Source: a virus
IMG/VR virus record: IMGVR_UViG_3300029309_000001
Span: 1 to 64,000 of that record
Strand: one strand, 5' to 3'
Length of the DNA stretch: 64,000 bases
Shown here: positions 10,260 through 17,459 of the stretch, piece by piece
Layout: every line of letters begins with the position of its first letter
Position numbering within the stretch: position 1 is the stretch's first letter
The notes under the pieces: generated by a model
What the model was told of the DNA's origin: nothing
Databases searched by the model: none
The model's input: only the letters and a program-made list of their open reading frames with translations
Made by a program: the position numbers and the translations under genes

Positions 10260-11117
10260 ATGGGATATAGTAAACCAACTAATGTTTCAGAGGTAGATCT
10301 GTGCAATGCAGAGCTACCACTTCATGGAAAAACTTACACAGTTATTCCTCATAAAAGTATTATAGATCACACTGAGAATCTATTAAAACAAAACAATTTC
10401 ATTATAAAAAAGAAAACATTTAGATGTAATGCTAATGCACGTATTGCACAAGGTATTTATCAAATAGTTACTACACATGATGATGATATGGGTATGATGT
10501 TTGCTTGGACTAATTCATATGATAAAAGTACAAGATTTCAATGCGGTATAGGAGGTTATGTATTTGTATGTAATAACGGTATGATCCACGGTGACATGGC
10601 TACATTTGCTAGAAAACACACAGGGTCTGCTGATATTGAAGTGCAAAGACAAATTGCATCACAAGTTAAGTATGCACATAAACACTTTAATCAGTTAATC
10701 CAGGATAAAGATGAGTTTAAAAAAACTAACTTATCTCTTAAACAGCAAGCTGAATTACTAGGACGTTTGTTTGTAGAAGAAAAAATTCTAGATGCAACAC
10801 AATTATCATCTGTTAAAAGAGAGATTGACAAACCATCATTTGATTATAATGCAAATTCTAATAGTGGATGGGCCTTTTATAATCACGTAACACATGCTCT
10901 TAAGTTATCACATCCAAGATCGTGGATGACAGATCAACAAAAGTTCCATAAGTTTATGACGTCTGAATTACTAAGTAACGTCAATATAAAAACTTATGAC
11001 TCAAGCTCGTTACCAAGTTATATACCGCATAATGGTGTTTATACTGGAGACGTAAATGGAGTTTTAGCTGATCTTGAAGCTCAAGACTTTGATACATTCG
11101 GAGACTTTAAAATTTAA
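10260..11117 (+). CDS. DUF932-like protein
   Basis: YTVIPH, WTNSYDKST..G.GGYVFVCNNGMI, RKHTG and WAFYNHVT motifs. Confidence 0.75.
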   Translation: MGYSKPTNVSEVDLCNAELPLHGKTYTVIPHKSIIDHTENLLKQNNFIIKKKTFRCNANARIAQGIYQIVTTHDDDMGMMFAWTNSYDKSTRFQCGIGGYVFVCNNGMIHGDMATFARKHTGSADIEVQRQIASQVKYAHKHFNQLIQDKDEFKKTNLSLKQQAELLGRLFVEEKILDATQLSSVKREIDKPSFDYNANSNSGWAFYNHVTHALKLSHPRSWMTDQQKFHKFMTSELLSNVNIKTYDSSSLPSYIPHNGVYTGDVNGVLADLEAQDFDTFGDFKI

Positions 11118-11139
11118 ATCACTGACATGATTGGACTGA

Positions 11140-11174
11140 AGAGGGGGTTATTCTTACCCTGTGTAACTCCCTCT
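11140..11174 (+). other. Intergenic hairpin
   Basis: AGAGGGGGTTA pairs with TAACTCCCTCT (one G-U), 13-nt loop. Confidence 0.6.
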
Positions 11175-11195
11175 AAAGTTTTTAAACTAATGCTT

Positions 11196-11369
11196 ATGAC
11201 AAAAAAAAGAAAATTAAATAGTAAAAATCCTAAATATTGGAGTGCATCTAAAAAAGATGGACCAAGTATATTAAAAAAAGTACATATGTGTGATGCTACA
11301 CTTAGAAACGCACAAGGTAAACCTACTGGTGATAAAGCTGCAGTGTATGCTGTATGGTATAAAGATTAA
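11196..11369 (+). CDS. Small basic hypothetical protein (MTKKRKLNSKNPKY...)
   Basis: Track ORF 11127..11369; start moved to the ATG at 11196 (11190 is an alternative), downstream of the hairpin. Confidence 0.6.
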   Translation: MTKKRKLNSKNPKYWSASKKDGPSILKKVHMCDATLRNAQGKPTGDKAAVYAVWYKD

Positions 11370-11372
11370 GAT

Positions 11373-11537
11373 ATGAAATGTTGTATATGTAATAACACTA
11401 TAAAGAACTATGGGCATAATCCTAGCCCAGTTAAATCTAAAGGTGAAGCTTGTGATACATGTTTAGTAGAAATTGTATTACCTGAAAGATTAAAACAATC
11501 TCAATTTAATGTTAATTTAAAAACTGTAAAAAAATGA
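11373..11537 (+). CDS. Small zinc-finger protein, 54 aa (not in the ORF track)
   Basis: Hand translation MKCCICNNTIKNYGHNPSPVKSKGEACDTCLVEIVLPERLKQ...; two CxxC pairs and GHNP; ATGA overlap with 11534. Confidence 0.75.
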   Translation: MKCCICNNTIKNYGHNPSPVKSKGEACDTCLVEIVLPERLKQSQFNVNLKTVKK

Positions 11538-11722
11538 ATGAAGTAATTATAGTACTAATAATTTTATTTGTAATGTATTTATTAGGTAAATATGCTATAG
11601 AACAAGGAGTTAGAGTAGAACAACAAAAAGAATTAGAAAAAAATTTAAATAATTATGACAACGCAAGAAAAAATAAAAGTAACTATGGAAAAAGTAACAA
11701 AATTGTTACTGAAAAAAAATAG
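11534..11722 (+). CDS. Small membrane protein
   Basis: N-terminal hydrophobic helix VIIVLIILFVMYLL. Confidence 0.6.
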   Translation: MNEVIIVLIILFVMYLLGKYAIEQGVRVEQQKELEKNLNNYDNARKNKSNYGKSNKIVTEKK

Positions 11723-11981
11723 TAGTTATGGTGATTCTGCAACAAACCCAAGAAATATATTTGCAAAAGGATCTGCTATAGAAAATATATGTGCAAGAAT
11801 AGATGACAAAATAGCACGTATTGAAAATGCTGGTCTAACACCTGAAGTTTATGATACAGTAGATGATCTTATTGGTTATCTATGTTTATTAAAGATTGCA
11901 ATTGATGAAGAACAAGAAGAAAAAAGAAAAAAAACAAAAGAAAAAATTAAAAAAGCAATACCCAAAACAAGACCCTATTAA
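11655..11981 (+). CDS. DUF1599 / nucleotide-modification-associated domain 1 protein
   Basis: KKNSSYGDS, ARIDDKIARI and DTVDDLIGY motifs. Confidence 0.75.
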   Translation: MTTQEKIKVTMEKVTKLLLKKNSSYGDSATNPRNIFAKGSAIENICARIDDKIARIENAGLTPEVYDTVDDLIGYLCLLKIAIDEEQEEKRKKTKEKIKKAIPKTRPY

Positions 11982-12039
11982 AAAAAATTATGACAAAGAA
12001 AAATTTATCTTCATTTACTGGGAATAATATTGTAGTTAT

Positions 12040-12876
12040 ATGGCCATAAAACGGCAAGTAACAAAAACATTAATAACAAAGACAAATAATAATAGTAGTG
12101 ATTGTATAGCACCAAACATTATATATGGATGTTTTGGTGGTTGTGTAAACACTTATTGTTATATGTCTAGATACAATGGTAAAAGAGTTTTTGTTAACTT
12201 AAATGTTAATGAAATATTTAACTCTGTAGTTGAGTGGGAAAAAAAATATATTAAAGTTCCTAATCAACAAGATCCAATATATACAATGGTAGACATTGCA
12301 TGCAATTCTGATTTAGTTTTAATGCAACATAAAATGCCTGAACCATTACATGATTATTTAAAAAGATATGATAATCATCCACAACTTAATAGTACTATGG
12401 CTACTAAGTATCCAGGATTACTTAAACTTGATGTTAATCATTTTAATAAAAAGCCTAGAGTCCGTGTTAGTCTTATGCCACAAAAATATTCTAATATACT
12501 TGAACCAAAAATGCAAAAGATATTATCTAGAATACATGATGTTAATAGACTAAAAGATCTTGGATGGGAAGTACATTTAAATTATAGTCCACTTGTTTTT
12601 TATCCAGGTTGGAGTAAAGAGTATGATTCTTTATTTAGACTTGTAAAAAAATATGCAGGAGAAAATAAATGTGAAGTTATTGCTTTAACTAATCATGTTA
12701 ATCAAATGATAAGATCTTCTGAAGAAGTACGTGAATTAATGAAATACTCTGATGAACCTAAAAATCTTAATGGTACACTCAGGTATCCAATTAAGAAAAA
12801 AACAAAAGCATTAGAAAATTTTAAAAAAATTTACAGTAAATATTTTAATTTAGATACTATTAGATATATATTTTAG
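12040..12876 (+). CDS. splB: Spore photoproduct lyase-like radical SAM protein
   Basis: GCFGGCVNTYCY cluster motif, DIACNSD (SPL conserved Cys motif), ATK, RVRVSLMP, RIHDVNRL..LGWEVHLNYSP. Confidence 0.75.
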   Translation: MAIKRQVTKTLITKTNNNSSDCIAPNIIYGCFGGCVNTYCYMSRYNGKRVFVNLNVNEIFNSVVEWEKKYIKVPNQQDPIYTMVDIACNSDLVLMQHKMPEPLHDYLKRYDNHPQLNSTMATKYPGLLKLDVNHFNKKPRVRVSLMPQKYSNILEPKMQKILSRIHDVNRLKDLGWEVHLNYSPLVFYPGWSKEYDSLFRLVKKYAGENKCEVIALTNHVNQMIRSSEEVRELMKYSDEPKNLNGTLRYPIKKKTKALENFKKIYSKYFNLDTIRYIF

Positions 12877-12881
12877 AACAA

Positions 12882-12959
12882 TTATGTATAGGTTTCTCTT
12901 CCATATCCTAAACCAACTCTTTCCTATACATAAAGCCCAGTAGTTACTGCTGCTGGGCT
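12882..12959. terminator. Tandem hairpins at the convergence of the + and - transcription blocks
   Basis: TTATGTATAGG/CCTATACATAA (12882-92, 12923-33) followed directly by AGCCCAGTAG/CTGCTGGGCT (12934-59). Confidence 0.6.
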
Positions 12960-12969
12960 ACGTTCTAAT

Positions 12970-13308
12970 TTAAGAACCAGGAGTCCAAGTTATAGCAGTT
13001 ACATCAGTTATACTTGTATCATAAATAAGAACAGAACTATTATTACTAGGAGAATTAATTGCAAATATTGCTGGATGAACTGATAATAAAAAAGAATAAT
13101 GTACTTCTTGTGATTTACCACTATTTGTTGTTAATGTAATATAACCATTACTACTAGCACGTGTATTAACAGGATCACTAAAATAAATTCTAACTGTTGT
13201 AGCGTTTACTGCTTCAGATCTAATAATTAATGATGAAGGTATTGATATATCTAAAGGATTACCTTCTCCACTTAATTCTTTAAAATATAAAAGTCTATAA
13301 GGTCCCAT
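12970..13308 (-). CDS. Hypothetical, probably virion, protein
   Basis: Ser/Thr-rich beta-type composition; last gene of the late operon. Confidence 0.65.
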   Translation of the reverse strand: MGPYRLLYFKELSGEGNPLDISIPSSLIIRSEAVNATTVRIYFSDPVNTRASSNGYITLTTNSGKSQEVHYSFLLSVHPAIFAINSPSNNSSVLIYDTSITDVTAITWTPGS

Positions 13309-13439
13309 TACTTAATCATTACCATTTTACAACTAGATTTAGGTTTAGATTTAGTTGTAGGTTTAGTGCTGCTATTTTTAATAATAGAATTTAATTTATT
13401 ATTACCAATAGGATAGTTATACTTTCTATCTTTAGACAT
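13308..13439 (-). CDS. Small basic protein, 43 aa (not in the ORF track)
   Basis: MSKDRKYNYPIGNNKLNSIIKNSSTKPTTKSKPKSSCKMVMIK; stop overlaps the next start (TAATG) and the start abuts the upstream stop. Confidence 0.6.
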   Translation of the reverse strand: MSKDRKYNYPIGNNKLNSIIKNSSTKPTTKSKPKSSCKMVMIK

Positions 13440-13613
13440 TTATTTACTTTTTACAGTTTGCCCTTTTGTTGTTTTAGCTAAAGGTGTTGCTTCAGTACTT
13501 CCATTAATAATTCTATCAGGTATTACTTCTGTTTTAACTTCACCTGTACTTTGATATTTAACTTTTAAACTCTTTGCAGCTTTTTTTAATGCTTCTTTAT
13601 AACTATTTCTCAT
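13440..13613 (-). CDS. Small basic protein, 57 aa (not in the ORF track)
   Basis: MRNSYKEALKKAAKSLKVKYQSTGEVKTE...; packed between coupled ORFs. Confidence 0.6.
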   Translation of the reverse strand: MRNSYKEALKKAAKSLKVKYQSTGEVKTEVIPDRIINGSTEATPLAKTTKGQTVKSK

Positions 13614-13782
13614 CTTTTTTAACTTTTTTAACTTTAACTTTGTCTTCTATTTTTTCAACAAAACTAGTTAATCCAAGATCATATGCTTCTTTTAAAGCTG
13701 CTTGATCCATTTTTTTCCATGAAAATTTTCTACCTAATGCTTGAGTTTCATCTCCGTCAGTAATTACTTTATATTTTGCCAT
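13603..13782 (-). CDS. Small hypothetical protein, 59 aa (not in the ORF track)
   Basis: MAKYKVITDGDETQALGRKFSWKKMDQAALKEAYDLGLTSFVEKIEDK...; AT-rich leader. Confidence 0.65.
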   Translation of the reverse strand: MAKYKVITDGDETQALGRKFSWKKMDQAALKEAYDLGLTSFVEKIEDKVKVKKVKKDEK

Positions 13783-13800
13783 AATATTATTTTCTTAAAA

Positions 13801-13872
13801 TTAACATTTATTGTGAGAACCATCACATGAACCATCCTCAGCTTTTGTTTTACCACATGCACATTTAACCAT
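13801..13872 (-). CDS. 23-aa CDGSH iron-sulfur motif micropeptide (not in the ORF track)
   Basis: MVKCACGKTKAEDGSCDGSHNKC; TAATG coupling to the holin stop codon. Confidence 0.7.
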   Translation of the reverse strand: MVKCACGKTKAEDGSCDGSHNKC

Positions 13873-14264
13873 TATTTCTTTGTTTTTTCTAATGAACGAC
13901 CACCAAAATAGGCACCAATCACCGTAATTAATACTATTTGTAACAGGTCAGTCCATTTTTCTTCTACTACAAATTTAATTGAACCAGCATCAATAAATAT
14001 CATTAATACTGTACAAACAACTAAAAAAATAAGAACTAATGGTCTAACATTTTTTGACAACCAAGAGTCAGATTTCATATCAGCCTGCCATCTTGTTGTT
14101 ATTTCTTTTTCCATTTGAGTTTCATAGCTAGCTATTAACTCTTTTACTTTTTGTGCAGCTTCTAGCTTTTCTTCTTTAGAAGTATGTAAATCATCTATAA
14201 CTCCACCAACACTTTTAACAAGATCACTAGCACCACCAGTAAATAAATTACTTAAAATACTCAT
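13872..14264 (-). CDS. Holin (GTA 3TM holin-like)
   Basis: DDLHTSKEEKL, RWQADM.SDSWLSKNVRP, two TM helices and AYFGGRS.EK. Confidence 0.8.
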   Translation of the reverse strand: MSILSNLFTGGASDLVKSVGGVIDDLHTSKEEKLEAAQKVKELIASYETQMEKEITTRWQADMKSDSWLSKNVRPLVLIFLVVCTVLMIFIDAGSIKFVVEEKWTDLLQIVLITVIGAYFGGRSLEKTKK

Positions 14265-14572
14265 GATCTTCTTCTTCCATAAGTACTTCCACCACCATAG
14301 TATCTCATTGCTTTTACTTCACCTTTCTTTTTATATTCTTCATTAGGCATTCCTCCTATTGGACCACCTTTCATTTTATAACCCATAGTATTACGTACTT
14401 CTTCAGATAACATAGGTAAACCTTTATTATCACTTGGAATATTTTTAAGTTCTTTACCAGCTTTTGCCATCATAGGTGGTACAATCATTGAACCTTCCAT
14501 CATTTGCATTTTTGCCATTGCAGCTCTTTCCGCTGGTGTCATCATTAACATATTTTTTTTCATATTAGGCAT
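14261..14572 (-). CDS. Small Met/Lys/Gly-rich protein
   Basis: NKGLPMLSEEVRNTMGY plus MKGG and YYGGG motifs. Confidence 0.7.
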   Translation of the reverse strand: MPNMKKNMLMMTPAERAAMAKMQMMEGSMIVPPMMAKAGKELKNIPSDNKGLPMLSEEVRNTMGYKMKGGPIGGMPNEEYKKKGEVKAMRYYGGGSTYGRRRS

Positions 14573-14590
14573 AATTTCTAATTTTAATTA

Positions 14591-14785
14591 TTAAACAATA
14601 ATAGAACCACCCATTTCTTTACGTGGTCTAAATTTATTAAATGTCTTCCATAATGTACATCTCTTCTTTGCTTTAGCAGAAGGAGGATTTTTACAATACT
14701 CAGACTTACTTTTCCCTGCTTTTTTAGCAGCTGCATTTAAAGCACCAGGCTTTTTTACAGCTGTTTTCATCCAATCTTTTGCCAC
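14591..14785 (-). CDS. Small basic protein
   Basis: DWMKTAVKKPGAL, a pattern recurrent in aquatic phages; C-terminal EMGGS. Confidence 0.7.
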   Translation of the reverse strand: MAKDWMKTAVKKPGALNAAAKKAGKSKSEYCKNPPSAKAKKRCTLWKTFNKFRPRKEMGGSIIV

Positions 14786-15516
14786 TATGCTGCTGTAAAG
14801 TATGAATATTCAATTGTACTTGTACCAGAACTAGTGACAGTATCTACTTTTAAATTTAAAGCTTCTTCAACAGGAAAAAATAACCATTCTGTTGGTGCTA
14901 AATCAGCAATAATTTGTCCATTTCCTATTTTTATATGAACATTATCAGATGTTCCTATTGTACCAGTATTTTTTGCATATAAATATACTCGTTTATCAGT
15001 TTCTGAAGATGTAACACATGATGAAGCTCTTCCATTTACACTTAAAAAATCAAACTCAACATCTCCTTTTGAAAACTGAAACTTAACCGTTCTATCAAAA
15101 CTAGTAGCTGCTACTGTAAAAGTATTTGAACCTAGCGTTAATGCTGTTGCAGGTCCAAAGAAATTTTGTCCTGTAGATGTAGTTTTAAATACTCTAAAAT
15201 TAGCTCCTCCAGAAGGTAACGTTGTAACATTCATTGTAAACGTTTGAGCTCCTTGACTAACTACTCCATCAGCTTTAAGTACAGCTGTAAGAACATGTGG
15301 ATAAGAAGTAGGACCTGAAGCAAAATCAGAACAAGCATTTATAAATGTTTTAGATGGTGTTCCAGGAACTAAATCTATTGCAGTAGATGTAACATTTAAT
15401 GTCCCTGATTCTATAGCAGGAAGTGTAACATTAAAAGTACTTGATTGTGTAATAGATAAAACATCTGATGTTACACCTGTACCTGATAAAGTTAATTTTG
15501 AAGTTATAGTTGACAT
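14785..15516 (-). CDS. Putative virion structural protein with an inserted domain
   Basis: Termini resemble 16349..16714 and 16725..17447 (LTLS.., YLY.KN, L.P.EW..P, EY.Y). Confidence 0.65.
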   Translation of the reverse strand: MSTITSKLTLSGTGVTSDVLSITQSSTFNVTLPAIESGTLNVTSTAIDLVPGTPSKTFINACSDFASGPTSYPHVLTAVLKADGVVSQGAQTFTMNVTTLPSGGANFRVFKTTSTGQNFFGPATALTLGSNTFTVAATSFDRTVKFQFSKGDVEFDFLSVNGRASSCVTSSETDKRVYLYAKNTGTIGTSDNVHIKIGNGQIIADLAPTEWLFFPVEEALNLKVDTVTSSGTSTIEYSYFTAA

Positions 15517-15530
15517 ATCTTTTTATTTAT

Positions 15531-16346
15531 TTAATTAGTTGTTTTACTTTTAGGAGTAGATGCAGGTTTTGAAGGGTTAAGATATGAAGTAAATATACCT
15601 GTTAACTTTTCAAAATCTGGATCATTAATTCCTGAAATTAAATCTCCTGAATATTGTTTTATAAATGCAGGAGTTACAAACATATATGTATCTTTATGTA
15701 TTGTTAAATCTGTTGATGTTGATTCTTCACTAAAACATGGACCAGCTTTAAATGATTGAGACTGTGTTTCCATATCTGCAGTAATAACTATAGCACTAAT
15801 AACTGGCATTCCTAATAAATATTCACAAACAAATATAATATTAGCAACTTTTTTTGAGTCAGAGGTAGTACGTCTACCTATTTGCAATCCTGCTTTACCA
15901 ATAGAACTTACCATAGCTTTTGCAAATGCTAATTCACCAGTTCCTGTAGCTAATCCAAGAACAGCTTCTACTAATTCTTTAGAAAATGTTACACCCCAAG
16001 AATCTGTTTTGTGATTTACATCTTCTTCATTCACTTGTATAAAACAACCAGAATTATCTATAATCTTTTTTAATGCATTATAATCATATAAAGAAAAGTT
16101 ATATGCATTACCTTTTGTACCTGTTATAGTACCATCTTTGTCTATACCTTTCATATCATCTGCAGCATTTTTTTCTAATGCTTTAGTCATAGCTGCAAAA
16201 AATACTGATACTTCAGCAAATACATCTCTTACACTTTGTTCTATTTCTTGACTTTGCATGTCTGTAGTAGACATCATTATATTACCTGTCTCATTAAAGA
16301 CAAATCCTTTTTTTACTTCTACGTTATTTGGGTCTATTGTTGCCAT
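15531..16346 (-). CDS. Evf (Erwinia virulence factor)/Cyt-fold-like protein, tentative
   Basis: About 270 aa with FNETGNI, VFAEVSVFFAAMTKA, IFVCEYLLGMP, GPC and HKDTYMFV. Start reassigned to MATID at 16346. Family recognised from memory only. Confidence 0.45.
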   Translation of the reverse strand: MATIDPNNVEVKKGFVFNETGNIMMSTTDMQSQEIEQSVRDVFAEVSVFFAAMTKALEKNAADDMKGIDKDGTITGTKGNAYNFSLYDYNALKKIIDNSGCFIQVNEEDVNHKTDSWGVTFSKELVEAVLGLATGTGELAFAKAMVSSIGKAGLQIGRRTTSDSKKVANIIFVCEYLLGMPVISAIVITADMETQSQSFKAGPCFSEESTSTDLTIHKDTYMFVTPAFIKQYSGDLISGINDPDFEKLTGIFTSYLNPSKPASTPKSKTTN

Positions 16347-16348
16347 AA

Positions 16349-16714
16349 TTATGATTTTTTCCAATAAGCATATTCAACAACACAAGATGCAGTATTAGCT
16401 AATAGTTCTAAACCTGTTGCAGAATAAACAGGAAGCCACATTGCTTCATGTGGTCCCAACTTTGCTATTACTACTCCAGCTGCTGTTCTAACATCTACTA
16501 TATTAGTAGGATCCATATTTCTTAAATAAGTATATAATGTATCTGTTCCACTTGCAGCAATAATATCAGTTCCTGAACCTGTATGTAAAACTGTTACTCT
16601 TGATACCCCTGCAACTGGATTAGTTGTATTTAATGTATCACTTACTTCTAAATTTACAGTAGCACTAGTTGATGTAGAGCTTACTAAAGTTAATTGTGTT
16701 GTTACTGTTGCCAT
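16349..16714 (-). CDS. Putative virion structural protein (minimal paralog)
   Basis: Thr-rich beta protein with YTYLRN, LGPHEAMWLP and VEYAYW. Confidence 0.65.
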   Translation of the reverse strand: MATVTTQLTLVSSTSTSATVNLEVSDTLNTTNPVAGVSRVTVLHTGSGTDIIAASGTDTLYTYLRNMDPTNIVDVRTAAGVVIAKLGPHEAMWLPVYSATGLELLANTASCVVEYAYWKKS

Positions 16715-16724
16715 TTTATTTATT

Positions 16725-17447
16725 TTAAACTATTCTATACCATCCATATTCACAAGGTGCATCTGCAGTTGCTGTTGTATTTACAATTGCATTTGCAGCT
16801 ATAGGTATAGTTATCCACTCACCTGGTTTTATAGTTGCAAAATTTTCACTTGTTACAGTAGCATTTAAAAAATTTCCTGTTCTAACATTTGCTAAAGTTG
16901 AAGTTACTACAGTATTACCTGCTAAACCTTTTGTAGCTTGTGTTAATCTTAATGTACCAGCACCATCATTATCTACAACTATTTTTCCTGCATGTCCTGT
17001 AGATGCTTCAATACAAGCTTCTAGTGAAGTTGCTACTTCAGCATCAGTACCAGTTCTTTTAAATTGTAAAGAAGCAACATTTTCTGCATCTTTAGCTATA
17101 TATGTTTTGCTAGTACCATCTGAAGATATAAGAGTTATTGTTTGATCAGCTGTAGGATCTCCATAAACAGTTATAAAAGTACTTGCACTAGTAGAACCGC
17201 CAACACTAAAAGTAATAGTACCATCTGTAGATAAACCTGTATTTTTTACATATAAAAGTCTAACACTAGAATTATGAGTTCCATCAAAAGTAGAAAAATT
17301 TGCATTAGTAGTTTTAATAGTTATGGCTCCTGATTCAACAGTAGGTTGAGTAATACTATAAGTATTTAATTCACTTATATTAATTCCATCTGAACTTACG
17401 CCATCTCCAGATAATGTTACACGTGCAGCAATTGAATATGTTGACAT
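16725..17447 (-). CDS. Putative virion structural protein with an inserted domain
   Basis: LLYVKNTG ... IKPGEWITIP ... CEYGWY around a central insert. Confidence 0.65.
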   Translation of the reverse strand: MSTYSIAARVTLSGDGVSSDGINISELNTYSITQPTVESGAITIKTTNANFSTFDGTHNSSVRLLYVKNTGLSTDGTITFSVGGSTSASTFITVYGDPTADQTITLISSDGTSKTYIAKDAENVASLQFKRTGTDAEVATSLEACIEASTGHAGKIVVDNDGAGTLRLTQATKGLAGNTVVTSTLANVRTGNFLNATVTSENFATIKPGEWITIPIAANAIVNTTATADAPCEYGWYRIV

Positions 17448-17459
17448 TTTATTTTAATT

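Noticed and set aside
11127-11195. N-terminal extension of the 80-aa ORF
   Set aside because: It spans a GC-rich hairpin; the downstream ATG with an AT-rich leader is the more plausible start.
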